Of a stretch of 64,000 nt of DNA, positions 1 to 13,763 are shown piece after piece. Each line of letters starts with the position of its first letter. Position 1 is the stretch's first letter. Source of the stretch: Octopus vulgaris (Eukaryota); contig OX597829.1 in the NCBI GenBank assembly GCA_951406725.2, positions 57,660,001 through 57,724,000 on the forward strand. Reading direction: 5' to 3'. A program made the position numbers and the translations under genes. The notes beneath the pieces are model-generated. The model did no database searches and was not told the origin of the DNA. It saw only the letters and a list, made by a program, of their open reading frames with translations.

Positions 1-470
1 GGGTTCCTTCTTGACTATTCTTGGGTCACAGAAGCATGTAACCTCAGCTATATAGCACATGTGGTGCACCTTGTCGAGCACCCATATGTGTGGTCTGTTA
101 ATGTCTAGCACCTGATCTATTTGGATTGGGAAATCCCAGATAATTTTGCTAGTCTCTGACTCTGCCACTCCCTGTGGTTTGTGCTCATACTATGTCTTGC
201 CACTCTTTAGCAAACATTTTTTGCACAGTTCCCAATGTACATTATTTACACTGAGTATACTCTATGGAATTTCTCCTTACCCCTTTTCTACATATCAAGC
301 AGGGCCATCTCCTTAAAGAGATTTGTATTTTGTCTGCTTTCCTACTTATCAATAGTTTGGTCTTTGCTAATTTAATTCTAAGTCCCTTTGATTCCATATC
401 TTGCTTCCATACCTGAAATTTCTTCTAATTTTATTAGAAAATCAGCTATGAGAACAAGATTATCAACACC
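1..470 (-). mobile_element. Decayed R4/Dong-like non-LTR retrotransposon fragment (CCHC/RLE region), running off the left edge
   Basis: Homologous to 2030-2230 (shared gactattcttgggtcacaga..cacatg, ggtttgtgctcatacta, ttttgcacagtt..caat); minus strand reads HWELCKK..WYEHKP. Confidence 0.7.
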
Positions 471-559
471 CATGGTGCTCCCATGGGTAGCCGATTTTGA
501 ATTCCTTTGTTTATGGCCTGGAGGACTATAATAAACAAGAGGAAGCTGAGAACTGATTT

Positions 560-768
560 GTCGAGCTGGCTGAATTGTTCACACGTTGGGCACGATACTT
601 AACAGTATTAAAATCTGCTGCTACATTCTGAGTTCAAATTCTGCTGAGGTAGACTTTGCCTTTCGTCCTTTCGGGGTCAATAAATTAAGTACCAGTAAAC
701 AACTGGAGTCAATGTAATCAGCTAGTCTTCTCCCCCATATTTCAGGCCTCATACCTATAGTAGAAAGG

Positions 769-823
<55 letters not shown>

Positions 824-1110
824 GGCAATGAGGTGGCAGAATTGTTAGAATGCTGGACGAAAGGCTTAGTGGCATTTTGTCCGTCTTTATGTTCTGAGTT
901 CAAATTTTGCCGAGGTGTCTTTGCTTTTCATCCTTTCAGGACCAATTAAAATAAATACCAGTTATATACTGGGGTCAATGTAATCGACTATACCCCACCC
1001 CCAAATTTCAGGCCTTGTGCTTATAGTAAAAAGGATTAATATTATTATTATTAAGGCAGTGAACTGGCAGAGTTGTTAGCACACTGGGTGAAATGCTTAA
1101 CATCTCTTGA
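560..1110 (+). mobile_element. Tandem chain of tRNA-type SINEs with (ATT)n tails (two near-full copies and one 5' stub)
   Basis: Repeated unit ggcaga..gttag..ttctgagttcaaatt..gactttgcctttc.tcctttc..taccag..ctggggtcaatgtaatc..tttcaggcc..tatagtag..ggatta(tta)n. Confidence 0.8.
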
Positions 1111-1121
1111 ATATAGAGCTG

Positions 1122-1144
1122 TATTATTACTATTATTATCATCA

Positions 1145-1193
<49 letters not shown>

Positions 1194-1345
1194 CATTATT
1201 ATTATTATCATTATTATTATTATCATTATTATTATTATTATCATTATTATTATTATTACTATTATTATCATCATCATCATCATTATTATTATTATTATTA
1301 TTATCATTATTATTATTATCATTATTATTATTATCATTATTATTA
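1122..1345. repeat. (ATT/ATC)n microsatellite
   Basis: Directly visible; source of spurious poly-I/N/L/Y ORFs. Confidence 0.98.
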
Positions 1346-1699
1346 TATGTTTGACTTTTGCTTTGTACAAGTTGACTCCAAGTCTCACCCAGTGACCTCA
1401 AGAGACAAGTTCAAAGTTTAAGTTGGTGTTATGACTAGGGTGTTATGACTAGTATGTCAAACCATAAGTAAATTAGAAGTTTGTTTTAAAAGTGATTTGA
1501 TTATTAGATGATAGTCTTGTGTTAAGATGACAGCAAAAGGTGTTTGCTGTTACATAAGTTTAAAAGTACTTTTGACACTGTTCACAGATTAAAATGTTTG
1601 GGGGATTATGTTGACAATATTTTATGTAGGATATGGGTAGTTCCCATGAGTGCTATTTTTTTAATTTCTTTTTTTTTTGTTTGGATTTCCTGATATCTA

Positions 1700-2468
1700 A
1701 GCTAGGTATTATTTCTTTTTATCACAGCTTTTGTTGGAACTCCTGGAGTCTTGCATGTGTAGCGAGTTTACCACCTGTATCCTACAGTATCATGCTATCC
1801 ATTCTTTTCAGCTACCTAATACTTTCCTGATTATTCTGGCCATGCCAAGGGGGAGAACCTTTTCTAACAGTTCTACTGGGCACTCTATTCCAATTTCCTT
1901 TATATTCCTCTTGATTCCTTCTCATACTGTGCCCAAAGACCCAACAATAATTGGCACTATCTTCACCTTCTTCATTTTCCATAGCTGGGCTATTTCGTAC
2001 TTAAGAGGTTTGTACTTATCAATCTTTTCGCCTTCCTTCTAGACTATTCTTGGGTCACAGAGGCACGTAACCTCAGCTATATAGCACATGTAGTGCACCT
2101 TGTTCACCATCATTAGGTCCAGTCTGTTAGGCTCTGCTCCACAGGATTTTGCGACTCTCTTTGGTTTGTGCTCATACTACGTCTTGCCTCTCTTTAACAA
2201 ACACTTTTTGCACAGTTTCCAATCTAGCACATTCGCTACCTGGTCGTGTTGCCACAACTTGTACTGGTTTTGGGCATTCATTCGTGATATGGGCAATAGT
2301 TTCATCCATTCTTTTACAGATGTGACACAGCGGAGACGCTCATTCCTCAGGTTCACCCTCCTGTTCGTGGCCAAATCTTGGTCTTGCGCTGCCAGTATAG
2401 TGATCTCAGTCTCTTTTTTTTAGGGTTTCTTTCTTCAGACAATCCCACCTATTTTTTCCAGCAACTTC

Positions 2469-2470
<2 letters not shown>
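1700..2470 (-). mobile_element. 5'-truncated R4/Dong-like LINE (restriction-like endonuclease C-terminus)
   Basis: Minus-strand pseudo-translation HDQVA..WKLCKK..YEHKP..DLMMVNK..KEGEKIDKYKPLKYEIAQLWKMKKVKIVPIIVGSLG..LGMARIIRKVL; abuts (TAA)n at 2471. Confidence 0.8.
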
Positions 2471-2528
<58 letters not shown>

Positions 2529-2959
2529 ATAGATATATTTTGATGTCACTGTCAATAACTTGTTAATCTATTCTGACGCAGCATGGCAAACATAATTTCT
2601 ACTTAATTTCTTGAGCTTCTTTTCTTTTCCACGCTTTCCCTCTCTTCATCTATCTATATCTATAGCTCAGTCTGTCTGTCTGTATCTATCTGTCTATCTA
2701 TCCCTCTATTTCTCTCACTTCCCCTTCTCTCAAAAGTTTCTATCTTTGGCTTGTTCCGCATGTAAAATGGTTTGGCCAGCAACCAATCATAGAAACCATG
2801 CCAAATCAGGCATTGGACCCCTATGTACTCCATGGACACTTTGGATCCCGTGAAATTTGGCAAACCCATGCCAACATGGAACATGGACGTTAAATGATGA
2901 TGACAGTAATGATGATGATGATTATGATGATTCTTCTCTTTTGCAGTCAGTTTCAGCCA

Positions 2960-3410
2960 GAGGCAGTGATCCTGCTGTGGCGCTGCCTTTAGCACTAATT
3001 TTATTCACTTTAGACTCATTTCCTGGTCTTGTCTCCACAATCAGTCTTGGGGAAATAATGGGTTGGACTGATTTGCCCTTCCTTGCATTTCTTGCCCTAA
3101 TATGGATTCATCTGGTGTAATAGATAAAAATGTAAGTGTTGTTTGAATATACATCTACATTTACATCTTGGAGATGTGATGAAATGATGAAGGTCTTTAA
3201 ACCATAAGCTATTACAGTTCTGGATCTTGACTCCAGATGGAGAGGACAGGATCTTTAATGCCATGATATGGCACCCAATCCAGGGATTGATTAAACTTTC
3301 AATACCAAAGTTAGGCCTTCTGGACTTTTTCATACCTAAATTTTTTTTAAATGTCCCAGTACATACAAGTATATATTTACAACTGTTCTGTATATTAGAC
3401 ATCTAGAGTA
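2960..3410 (-). mobile_element. CR1-like LINE 3' remnant
   Basis: NSLWFK..VDVFKQHL..TPDE resembles the 3' end of the element at 28350-29380. Confidence 0.5.
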
Positions 3411-3522
3411 TCAACCCAGTGAGATGGGGCATCTTTTGCACTTTGTCAATATGCTAGAAATAACAGCTAAAATATAGTCATAAAACAGTTAACTCAATCT
3501 TCATTAAATCTCTTTCTCTCTT

Positions 3523-3636
<114 letters not shown>

Positions 3637-5801
3637 CGCTCACATTCTCAGAGATTTGATGATGCATACAAGAAAATAGAAATCTACAACTCAAAACATG
3701 AGTATATATAAATTTGTTATTAATAAAAAATATATACATGCATTTATTAATACAAGCACACATATATATATTTACATATAAATTGTATATCTATATGTGT
3801 GTGTGTGTGTGTGCATATATATATATATTGTATATGTATATGTGTGTATGTATAAACATGCCTACACACACGTGTGTGTGTGTGTGATGTATACATACAT
3901 ATGTCCCACACATTTAGTTGTTAAATTGATTTGTTTTGCTTTGTGTTACTGTTACACTCACACTCACACACACACACTCACACACACACACTCACACACA
4001 CACACTCACACATCTATGAATGTAATGTTTGCGTGTGGCATCTGCTGTGGCAATACTCTGGATTGTAAGTAAACAAGTTATTTAAGAGTAGTTTCCACTC
4101 AGACGCTGCTGTCACCACCCTCACCATCAGCAACATTACCCATGCCATTCTCTCAATTTCTCTCTCTTCCTCTTTGTATCTCTCACTCTATCTATCTATC
4201 CATCTATCTATCAGTCTGTCTATCCGTCTGTCTATCCGTCTATCTGTCCGTCTGTGTCTCTGTCTATCTATCAGTCTGCCTTTAATCTATTTCCCTTTCT
4301 CTCTCAAAGGTATAATGAATATATTTATATATTTATGCCAGATACTTGATGTAAGTCAAGCTTGTTTACATGCAATGAAACAGATATGTTTCACAAACAC
4401 ACTCTCCATCCCTCTCCCCCTCTCTCTCTCTCTCTCTTCAACCACTCTCTCTCTCTTTCCCCCTCTCTTTCCCCCCTCTCTCTTCTTCCACCACTCACTC
4501 TCTCTTTCCTCTCCCCCACTCTCTCTTTCTCTTATTTATCTTGTTTATCAAGATTTTTTTACTCACATCTCACTCAGGCATTTGCTTTCTTCTTGTTTAC
4601 CTGCTGGCCTCAATTCACACATGTTCATATATATATATATATATAAATGCACACACACACACATACGTACATCCATCAATCCATATGCACACACATACGT
4701 ACACACATACACACATGCATACACACACACACATGTCTGTGTGTGTGTGTATGAACAATTACAATGAGCACAAGTTTGTATTATTCCCTCCTTATGTTTA
4801 TTACAATTTCTCTTACAATTGCTTTGTGTATTTCATAACTTGTTATGCTACCAAGTATAGTTGTTGCCTAACCACTGTACTGGAAGCAGACTGGGTGATG
4901 ATGACGCGCTACATGGAACTTGAGACTTACCAGTAGCAATTGTAGGGAACCTACTGTACACGCAAGGCACTGTGTATGTGTCTGTGTGTGAGTGTGAAAG
5001 CCCATGGCCGGGTGGTGAGGGGGATTTTGATTATCATATCAGCAGAGCTTCCCATTAATCCAGTCGACTCTGCTTTTAATGAATAACACTGTACTGGACT
5101 TGTATTCCATTCAGGGAATGACCACTTGGCCTGACCACTTGACATCATTGAAGAACTTAAACAATGTAAGGATGCATGCTCTATAACAACATCCGTCCAA
5201 TGGCCTGCTCAACATGGTCTTGTCAGTCACTGGGCTACAGCCGTGCTGGGATACTGCTTTGAAAATTTTTAGTTCAACAAATTGACCCCCCACCCCCCAT
5301 CCCAGGACTTTTTCTTTTTTTTTAAGCCTGGTATTCATTCTATCGCTCTCATTTGGAGAGCCACTAAGTTATGGGGACATAAACAAACCAACACCAATTG
5401 TCAAATGGTGGTAAGTGACAAGCAAAAAGATACACACACACACACACCTTCTGCTTACCAAATCCTCTTAGAGGGCTTTGTCAGCTTCAAGCTACATCAG
5501 AAGACACTTGCTCAAAGTGCAATACAGTAGGATTGAACCTGGAATCATGTTCTTGAAAAGTAAATTCCTTATCACGTAGCTATGCCTGTGCCTATCTATA
5601 AAAATACACACTGACACACACACACACACACACACACATATAATGTAAATGTTTTCCCAAATAAAATTTCACTGCTCCAATCACTCTATTGGGTGATTCT
5701 CAAGCACTCAACTATGAGCGCATTGTATCTTATTGCAGAAACAGCTGTAAGCCAATGAAGTTTCTAACACAACTGTTTATTTCTTTGACATTCTAATTTC
5801 T

Positions 5802-5840
<39 letters not shown>

Positions 5841-6750
5841 TTAAAAAATATCTAGCGAAATGGGATATGGCCTGGAACTTCTGTATTCTATTCTTTATCT
5901 CCCACTCTACCTTCACCCTTACCTGAACCTACCTACCCACAAAATGTCCCTAACAAATCCATTCCCCACAAAACATCCTCCTAACATCCCTCCCTCTACC
6001 TGTACCTACTCACTATATTCCTCTCCTCTCCGTGTCTCCCATTCTCCTTTCACAATTTGAGAACTTACTCATCCCCAGACCCTATCCAATCCTTGGTCCA
6101 CTTCATTAAATCTACCTTCCTGTGAGTGTTGGGTGTATGCCCTGTTACATCTTCACCATCTTATCTTTCTCCACTCTTGCACATCCCCCCTCCCCCCTCT
6201 CCCCACTTGAATCAGCCATGTGTCTCCTCAACAGTAAGATACCCCCTTTCTGCCTTTCATACTCTAACTACTACTCCTTGCCTCGTGTGAAGCTGCTTCC
6301 CTCAATACTGCTCCCCGTCTCAATTGAGAGCTGTTGTCTTCCAAGTTCCTGGGTCACCTCACTACTCCTGTTGCCACATAAAAAGCACCCAGTACACTCT
6401 GTAGAGTGTTTGGTGTTAGGAAGGACATTCAACTATTGAAACAATAACAAAGCAGACAAGGCTTGGTGCAGCCTCCTTCCTCCCTTGCCAGCTCCTCTCA
6501 AACCATCTAACCCATGCCACTATGGAAAATACATATTAAATGATGATCATGATATCATTCATCATTAATCCTTGTATTGTCCTGTTGCATGTTCTGATGA
6601 TTTTCTGCCCAAGGTATTTTCAAATGCAAGATTATATATTTATATATGTTTTGTAGTTTAAATTGGATGCAAAATGAAACAATTGTAGGTAAAGATGTTA
6701 ATTATTTATTAATAAATTAATTTGTATCCATTGGATCTCTGTTTTAGGAA

Positions 6751-6931
6751 GTTGCACAATGAACTCTTCTCAGTGTAGCTTGCCATCAGTTTGAAATTTC
6801 TTCAATAAAGTTTGCCACATGGAATTCCCAAGTCAGCCACAATGCTGTGTTATGGCTGACATGGGAATTCCATGCGGCAATGTAATTTAAGCCTGATGAC
6901 TAGCTACACTGAGAAGAGTTTATTGTACAAC
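6751..6931. repeat. Foldback/MITE-like palindrome
   Basis: gttgcacaatgaactcttctcagtgtagct pairs with agctacactgagaagagtttattgtacaac; inner tgccacatggaattccca/tgggaattccatgcggca. Confidence 0.85.
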
Positions 6932-8129
6932 AATTGTATAATTAGCTTCAAGTAGTTAAGAAACATGTGAAGCTTACATTTTACCTATTCCACTTTGCAT
7001 TTTTAGTAGCAGTAATTTATTTATTCTTTTTACATCTGTTTTTCAATGTTAGTATGAGTTAGATAAGTATTGTGATATAGTTTAACAGCCACATGACCGT
7101 CTTGCTACCTTTTTTCATCAAGGATATTTTGATTCTATTCAACTTCAAAAACACAGAACTGCCACATAATTTATTGATAGAAAATCAACAACTATCTCTG
7201 TTTGTGACTCAGCCTGGCACAGACGGTAAACATTCACTCTCACTCACACACACATAACTGTAGGTGTGGCTGTATGGTAAGAAGTTTACTTCCCAACCAC
7301 ATGGTTCTGGGATCATGCATGGGCAAGTGTCTCCTGCTCCCACCCTGCCGAACCAAAGTGAATTCGTAGACAGAAACTGAAAGAAGCCCCCCACACACAC
7401 ACACACACACGTGTGTGTGTGTTGTTGCTAACAGGGAGAGCATCGAGCCATAAAAAGTCTACTTTCAACAAATTCTGTTTGTCTCATGTTAGTCTGGAAA
7501 AGTGGACATTACCAACCTCCACCTGTTTCCAAGCAAGACAATATTTCCTCATGACCAGACGCATTTTCCCAGGAGATTGGCACTGGATGACACTGTCCAT
7601 ACACAATTATTTTAACAACTATTATGCAATGTCTAGTCAAAGAGACACAACCATACACACATACTCTTTTACACACTCACACATGCATACATTTGCATAC
7701 TGTTTTGTTCTCATTGTTCTGTCCTTTACCGTTTTTACTTTTATTGATTTGTTCTTACTGTCCTGTTCTTGTTACCACTTTCACTCTCCGCAAAAAAAAT
7801 CCCAAATTTTATTTAATTTGCTTTGCGGGAAGAACTGTTTCAACGAAGTCGCGTCTTGTCCTTACCTTTGAAACGTGGAGTAGATGAAACAGGGACAACT
7901 GATGAAGGGGAATATTCCTTGTGTTGTATATCTTGTTTCTCTGGAGTTTTTTTCATTGTTCGAAAAAAAGTTCGTTTTCTATGTTTTTGTTTTTATGTTT
8001 TCGTTTCCCATTGTGTTCAACGTTTTTTTGATGTCCTGTACCCATATATACATGTATATGTAGGTATGTACACATATGTATGTATGTATATATATATGCA
8101 TATAGTTTTATATTATTTATATTATTATT

Positions 8130-8191
<62 letters not shown>

Positions 8192-8409
8192 ATATGACTG
8201 GGTTGTTTCAGTTTCCATCTATGAAATCCACTTATAAGTCTATGGTCAACCTGAAGCTATAGTAGACAACACTTGTTGAATGTGCTGTACAGGGGCCTAA
8301 ACCTAAGATCGCTTGGTTGGAAAGTAAGATTCTCAACCACACAAAAAGTAATACAAACAAATTAACAATATTTACCGATTCCTTAATTATATTTCTTTTA
8401 TCATTTCAG

Positions 8410-8590
8410 ATATCCCAGAAGATGTTGGAGTCTAAGAGTTGTGCTGTGAACGTCGAAACTAGCACCAAAAATCGAAAAGCACGTGGTAGTTGGACTGGCA
8501 AACTAGATTTTATATTAACATGTATAGGTTTTGCAGTTGGACTTGGAAATATCTGGAGATTTCCTTACTTATGTTACAAAAGTGGTGGTG
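8410..8590 (+). CDS. SLC6: SLC6 coding exon 1 (ATG at 8422; N-terminus and TM1)
   Basis: tttcag acceptor ending 8409; MLESK...[36 protein letters not shown]; donor G|gtaagt. Confidence 0.93.
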
Positions 8591-11421
8591 GTAAGTGCTG
8601 ACTATTTTCTTTGAAAGGGAGGGTTTCTATATAATTCTTAGTCTGTCTTGCACATTCCATCCTATTGTAATCCTTTCCTGGTTATCTTTTTCTGATGCTA
8701 AGGTGTTACTTACTACGTAGGTAAAATGGCTCTTCACACAAATGTGAAGAAAACAATGTGTATGTGCTTCAACCGGAACAAATATCTTGATCTGCAATAA
8801 ATCGATCAAAGATGAATTCTGTTAGGGATTTCAGGTCTCTTTGTAGTTGGGTAGGCGTCTCCGATACATGCATCAAAATCAGAGAAGCACACACTTGAAT
8901 AGCATGGCTTAGACTCGAGAGAGTTTGAAAGTGAAGGCAGTGAAGGGAAACAAAAACCAGACTATTCTTTGCTATTGAAGAGTCAGTGTTCTTGTATTGC
9001 AGTGAAAAGTAGAGAATAGATTTAGGTGGCTGATACAGTGAATGACTTGCATGCAGAATGGCAGCAACACATGACCAATGAACATCCCTATGAAAGCCTT
9101 CCAAAAGTGACCAACAAGATTAGAGAATGACGTTTTCATGCAATACCAGGAAGAAGAAGCATAAAACCTTGAACTCTGGGACGCACAACATGGTACCAAC
9201 AAGTGTAGGAGATGTTGTCTGCTTTCTATTGATATCCTGGAAGAGGACACAGGATTGGATTCTGTCCATGAACTGAAGGTGGTGATGATAGATGGAGATG
9301 TTTGGCGAAATGGTTTTGTTTTGGAGGACTGGGTGGAAGCCTGACCAAAATAAAGGAAGAAAATATTTACATAATTATTTAATATGATCCAATTGTTTCA
9401 ATATATATAAATATTTCGTTTTTGTATTTGGTTTGCAAGATTCTTTATGTGAATTCGTGTGTTGAAGCATATTTTATTTTGTCTGGGGAAAGTCATTCTC
9501 TTTTAGTGCCTTATTATTTAATACACACACCGGTTTGATATCCACTCGTTTACTTATTTATTTTTTCTAAAATTTTTATTGCATCTTGCAACCTTTTCAA
9601 TATGTATGTATATATATATACACTCACACACATATATCTAACATAATCAAATTTATATTGCAGGTGCTTTTTTCATTCCATATTTTATATTCTTGATTCT
9701 CTGTGGTATACCACTATTCTTCCTGGAAGTATCATTTGCCCAGTTTGGTAGCCTTAGTCCTATAGCTATATGGAGAATAAGTCCCCTATTTAAAGGTAAG
9801 TAACCTACTTTGCTCTACATTGAAATGTCACTCTGTGTATAAATCTTCCTTTGGTTGGTCGTGTGTGGAAGCGAGATGCTCAGTTGGGTACAATACTGGT
9901 CTTAATTTTGTAAGTTTCTGGACAGAACATTTTACCTCATCAACAAATAAGTCCAAGGTAATAAAACTTGATAATAAATTAAATTCCAATGCATTATAAT
10001 ATTGTATAAATCCAAGTGGAATTGACTTACATAATTGACTAAAACCATCTGCCAGACATCTCAAAAACAGGCACCATGATTTTTGAAAGATTTATTTTTC
10101 CATACCACTTTGGGTGTTTGTCAGTTGAAGAAGAGGTTTCCTTCAAGCTGCTCTGCCATAATAGCCAAGTTGATAGAGATAACCTCATAGAAGTACTCCA
10201 ACTCTTTTAGAATTGCTCTACAACATTAGTTGCTTTATAACCTGAGAGTCTAAACACATTCATCAGATGTCCCCGGTCAGTTTGAGCAGGAGGCTTTTGA
10301 TTCCTTTTCTTTGCTGCTGAATTGCACAATCACTCTGTTGACTGTGGAATGCCAAGGTTTTGTGCATAACTCTTTTGCTTCTGGTGTTTGCAGCATAACT
10401 GGTTGCAATGAACAATTAATACACTGTGATTTGAAATGAAAAATAATAACACATTAACAAGTTTGAAACATCAGGTTTTGCACAATAAAATGATATAATG
10501 AGGCGAGTCTAGTTATTTTCAAAATATCTGTATATAGACGAATACAGGTATGTCAAACAACATAAATTCTTGATTTATCAAAACTAAAAGGATGTGTCAA
10601 TTACCAAATGACAATTATGACTGACTCCACTTAAGAAGGGGAGATAATCTCAACAATCAAGAATTCTGAAATGCCTGCTACTGACCACTTTGAGTTATTT
10701 CTCTTAGTTCATTTTTGCTTAAATTATGTAAATTACTTTGGCCATAACTGTTTTTTCCGCAGTTTTGTATAAGTCTAAACCCTTTGAAATAAGGTCAAAC
10801 AGTTGTTGTGCAGGTGTAGGTTACTCAACTAGAAACCTGTGTCTATGGCTATCCTCTTATCTCAAGGCAATAAGTCTGTCCTATTCCTTAATGTCAGTTT
10901 TGGAGAATACTTGATTCTTGAGTTTATCTCTCCTTCTCAAGTGGAACTTACCATTTGGAAATTATGGCACATCCTCTAGAGCAGTGCTCAGCAACTGTTT
11001 TTTCTCTTGTAATACACTTATATTCTTTTCAAAATTTGGCGGCATACTTAGACTAAATATATAACTCAAAGTGTGAGGAAAAAATTATATTGAGGTTACA
11101 CTGTGGTACACTGAGCATCGTCTCATGGCAAACCAGTGTGCCATGGCATACTGGTTGTGGAGAACTGCTCTAGAGACAAAGATGATTTTAGTAAATCAAG
11201 AATTTATGTTGTATGGTATTTGATATACCTGTATGTTTTCTATGTTCAAATGCATGACACTGGGTGCTTACAGTTACTTCTCTTTGCTCATTTTTGATTA
11301 TATATATTTGGAGCCTGGTGCAGCCTCCTGGTTTGCCAGCCCTCGGTCAAACCATGCAACCTATGCCAGCATGGAAAACAGGCGCTAAATGATGATGATG
11401 ATGACAATATATATATATGTG

Positions 11422-11452
<31 letters not shown>

Positions 11453-11706
11453 ATACACGTAAAAGCACCATCCGTTCGTGGCCGTTTGCCAGCTCCGTCT
11501 GGCACCTGTGCGGGTAGCACGTAAAAAGCACCCACTACACTCATGGAGTGGTTGGCGTTAGGAAGGGCATCCAGCTGTAGAAACACTGCCAGATCAGACT
11601 GGGCCTGGTGCAGCCTTCTGGCTTCACAGACCCCAGTTGAACCGTCCAACCCATGCTAGCATGGAAAACGGACGCTAAATTGTGATGATGATGATGATGA
11701 TGATGA

Positions 11707-11769
<63 letters not shown>

Positions 11770-12171
11770 TGCAGGTGTGGCTATGCAGTAAGAAGTTTGC
11801 TTCTCAAACACATAGTTCTGGGTTCTGTCTCACTGCGTGGCATCTTCAGCAAGTATCTTCTACTATAATCCTGGGCCAACAGAAGTCTTCTGATTAGACT
11901 TGGCCTTCATAGACAGAAATTGAAAGAAGTTCATTATGTGTGTGTGTGTGAAAGAGAGACTCCTTGCTTTGACATCATGTGATAGCTGTAAATGCAGTGT
12001 AGTGTCATTCATTTCTAATATTCTGTGAATTACATGTCTTCCTATGAGGGTGATATGTTTGGAAACAGGTACAGGTTGGTGACAGGAAGGACATCCAGTT
12101 GTAGAAAATCTGCTTCTAAGTCCAACCCATGAAGCTTGGAAAAGTAGATGTAAATGATGATGAGGAGGAGG

Positions 12172-12218
<47 letters not shown>

Positions 12219-12476
12219 AATGTTTCAAAAGTAAAAAACCTCCCTCCTTGTAATACCATTTCATCTGTGCAGACACCATTCCATACCCAAACTGGTTAAA
12301 TTCTAAGGAACAGCACAAAGCACCTCGTTTGCTAAACCCTAGATTAAGGATTTAAAGGCATCAAGTGACAGTATTTGGTTTCGAGAAATGAATCTTTCGA
12401 AAATGTTGGTTTCTATTTACCTTTGTGATGTGTGTGTGTATGTATGTGTTTTCTTTTATATTTTTTCTTTTAAATG

Positions 12477-12523
<47 letters not shown>

Positions 12524-13723
12524 TTAAAAGAAAAAAATATAAAAGAAAACACATACATACACACACATCACAAAGGTAAATAGAAACCAACATTTTTAAT
12601 TTCTGAATTACTACTACTTGGCAGTTTGAGTCCTGGCTGCTCTTTCTAGTGGGTCGAATGGCCTATTAAGGCCATTCCTCAATTGTTGTTGAATTTATAT
12701 ATATAGTCTTTGACTATTTTCTTTTTCTCACTAGACCGCTGGTGGCGATAAATTTCTATTGAATTTTTGGCTACCCTATATTGATTAATTGATGATTTTC
12801 TGACTAATTCTGAAATTGAATCAGCAGTTTATATTTACTGCTGATAAGTTGGCACGAGTACGATGGTTTTGAAAATTTTAGGGCAGATATTCCTAGGGCA
12901 TAGATACAGATGCCTCGTGTATATCTGCCCCTTCCTGGCTTCTTTACCGATGAGGTGTAGCCTTTGGTGGATTGACTTAATTTAATTTAATTAAGCTGGT
13001 TTGCCATTAAAAACACCGAAACAATGCATTGTCTAAAGATGAATTAGGGTAAATGTTTTTAAATTTTCCGTTAATTTCTGAATTACTACTACTTGGCGGT
13101 TTGAATCCTGGTTGCTCTTTCTAGTGGGTCAATTGTTGTTGAATATATATATATACACATACATACATACATACATTTATATATATACACACACACACAC
13201 GCACACAATTTTTTGGTGTGCGGTGGTTAAACATGAAATTGTCAATACAACTGTTGTTGTTGTTGTTTTCAGGTATTGGTGTTGGAATGGTTATAGTCTC
13301 TGGAATTGTGTGCGTCTATTACAATGTTATAATCGCCTGGACATTGTATTACCTTTTCATGTCATTCCGAAGTACTCTTCCTTGGAGTACATGTGGAAAC
13401 AGTTGGAATACCAAATACTGCGTCGAAGACGATCACAACAATGCATCCGCACTCAATGGTACCTCGAACGAGAACGGTACCTACTCTATATTCCAGAATG
13501 TCAGTGTAGCCCAAGTTTTTAACCATTCCATGAGAGTATCAGCTAGTGAAGAATATTGGGAGTAAGTACTTGACTGCTTTATATTTGGTGCATTTCTGCC
13601 ATTGCAGGTTTTTCCCCTTTTATGTTTGCTTCCCAACCACATTGTTCTGGGTTCAGTCCCATTGCATGGCACATTGCCTACCAAGTGGATTTGAGAAACA
13701 GAAACTAAAAGAAGCCCATTGTA

Positions 13724-13763
<40 letters not shown>

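Noticed and set aside
560-1110. tRNA genes or a CRISPR-like repeat array
   Set aside because: These are tRNA-derived SINE heads without a cloverleaf, in a eukaryotic context, with simple-repeat spacers.
6890-6905. CTGATGA within the 6751-6931 palindrome
   Set aside because: No stem II or GAAA, and the other arm reads CTGATGG.
7840-7925. CTGATGA followed by a small hairpin (AAGGGGAATATTCCTT) as a hammerhead
   Set aside because: No GAAA follows the stem and stems I/III cannot be built; treated as part of an interspersed repeat.
9830-10600. Possible decayed transposon shared with ~17400-17870
   Set aside because: Shared short segments (tttgctgctgaattg.acaatcact; tttgcacaataaaatg) indicate a repeat, but it is too eroded to classify or delimit.
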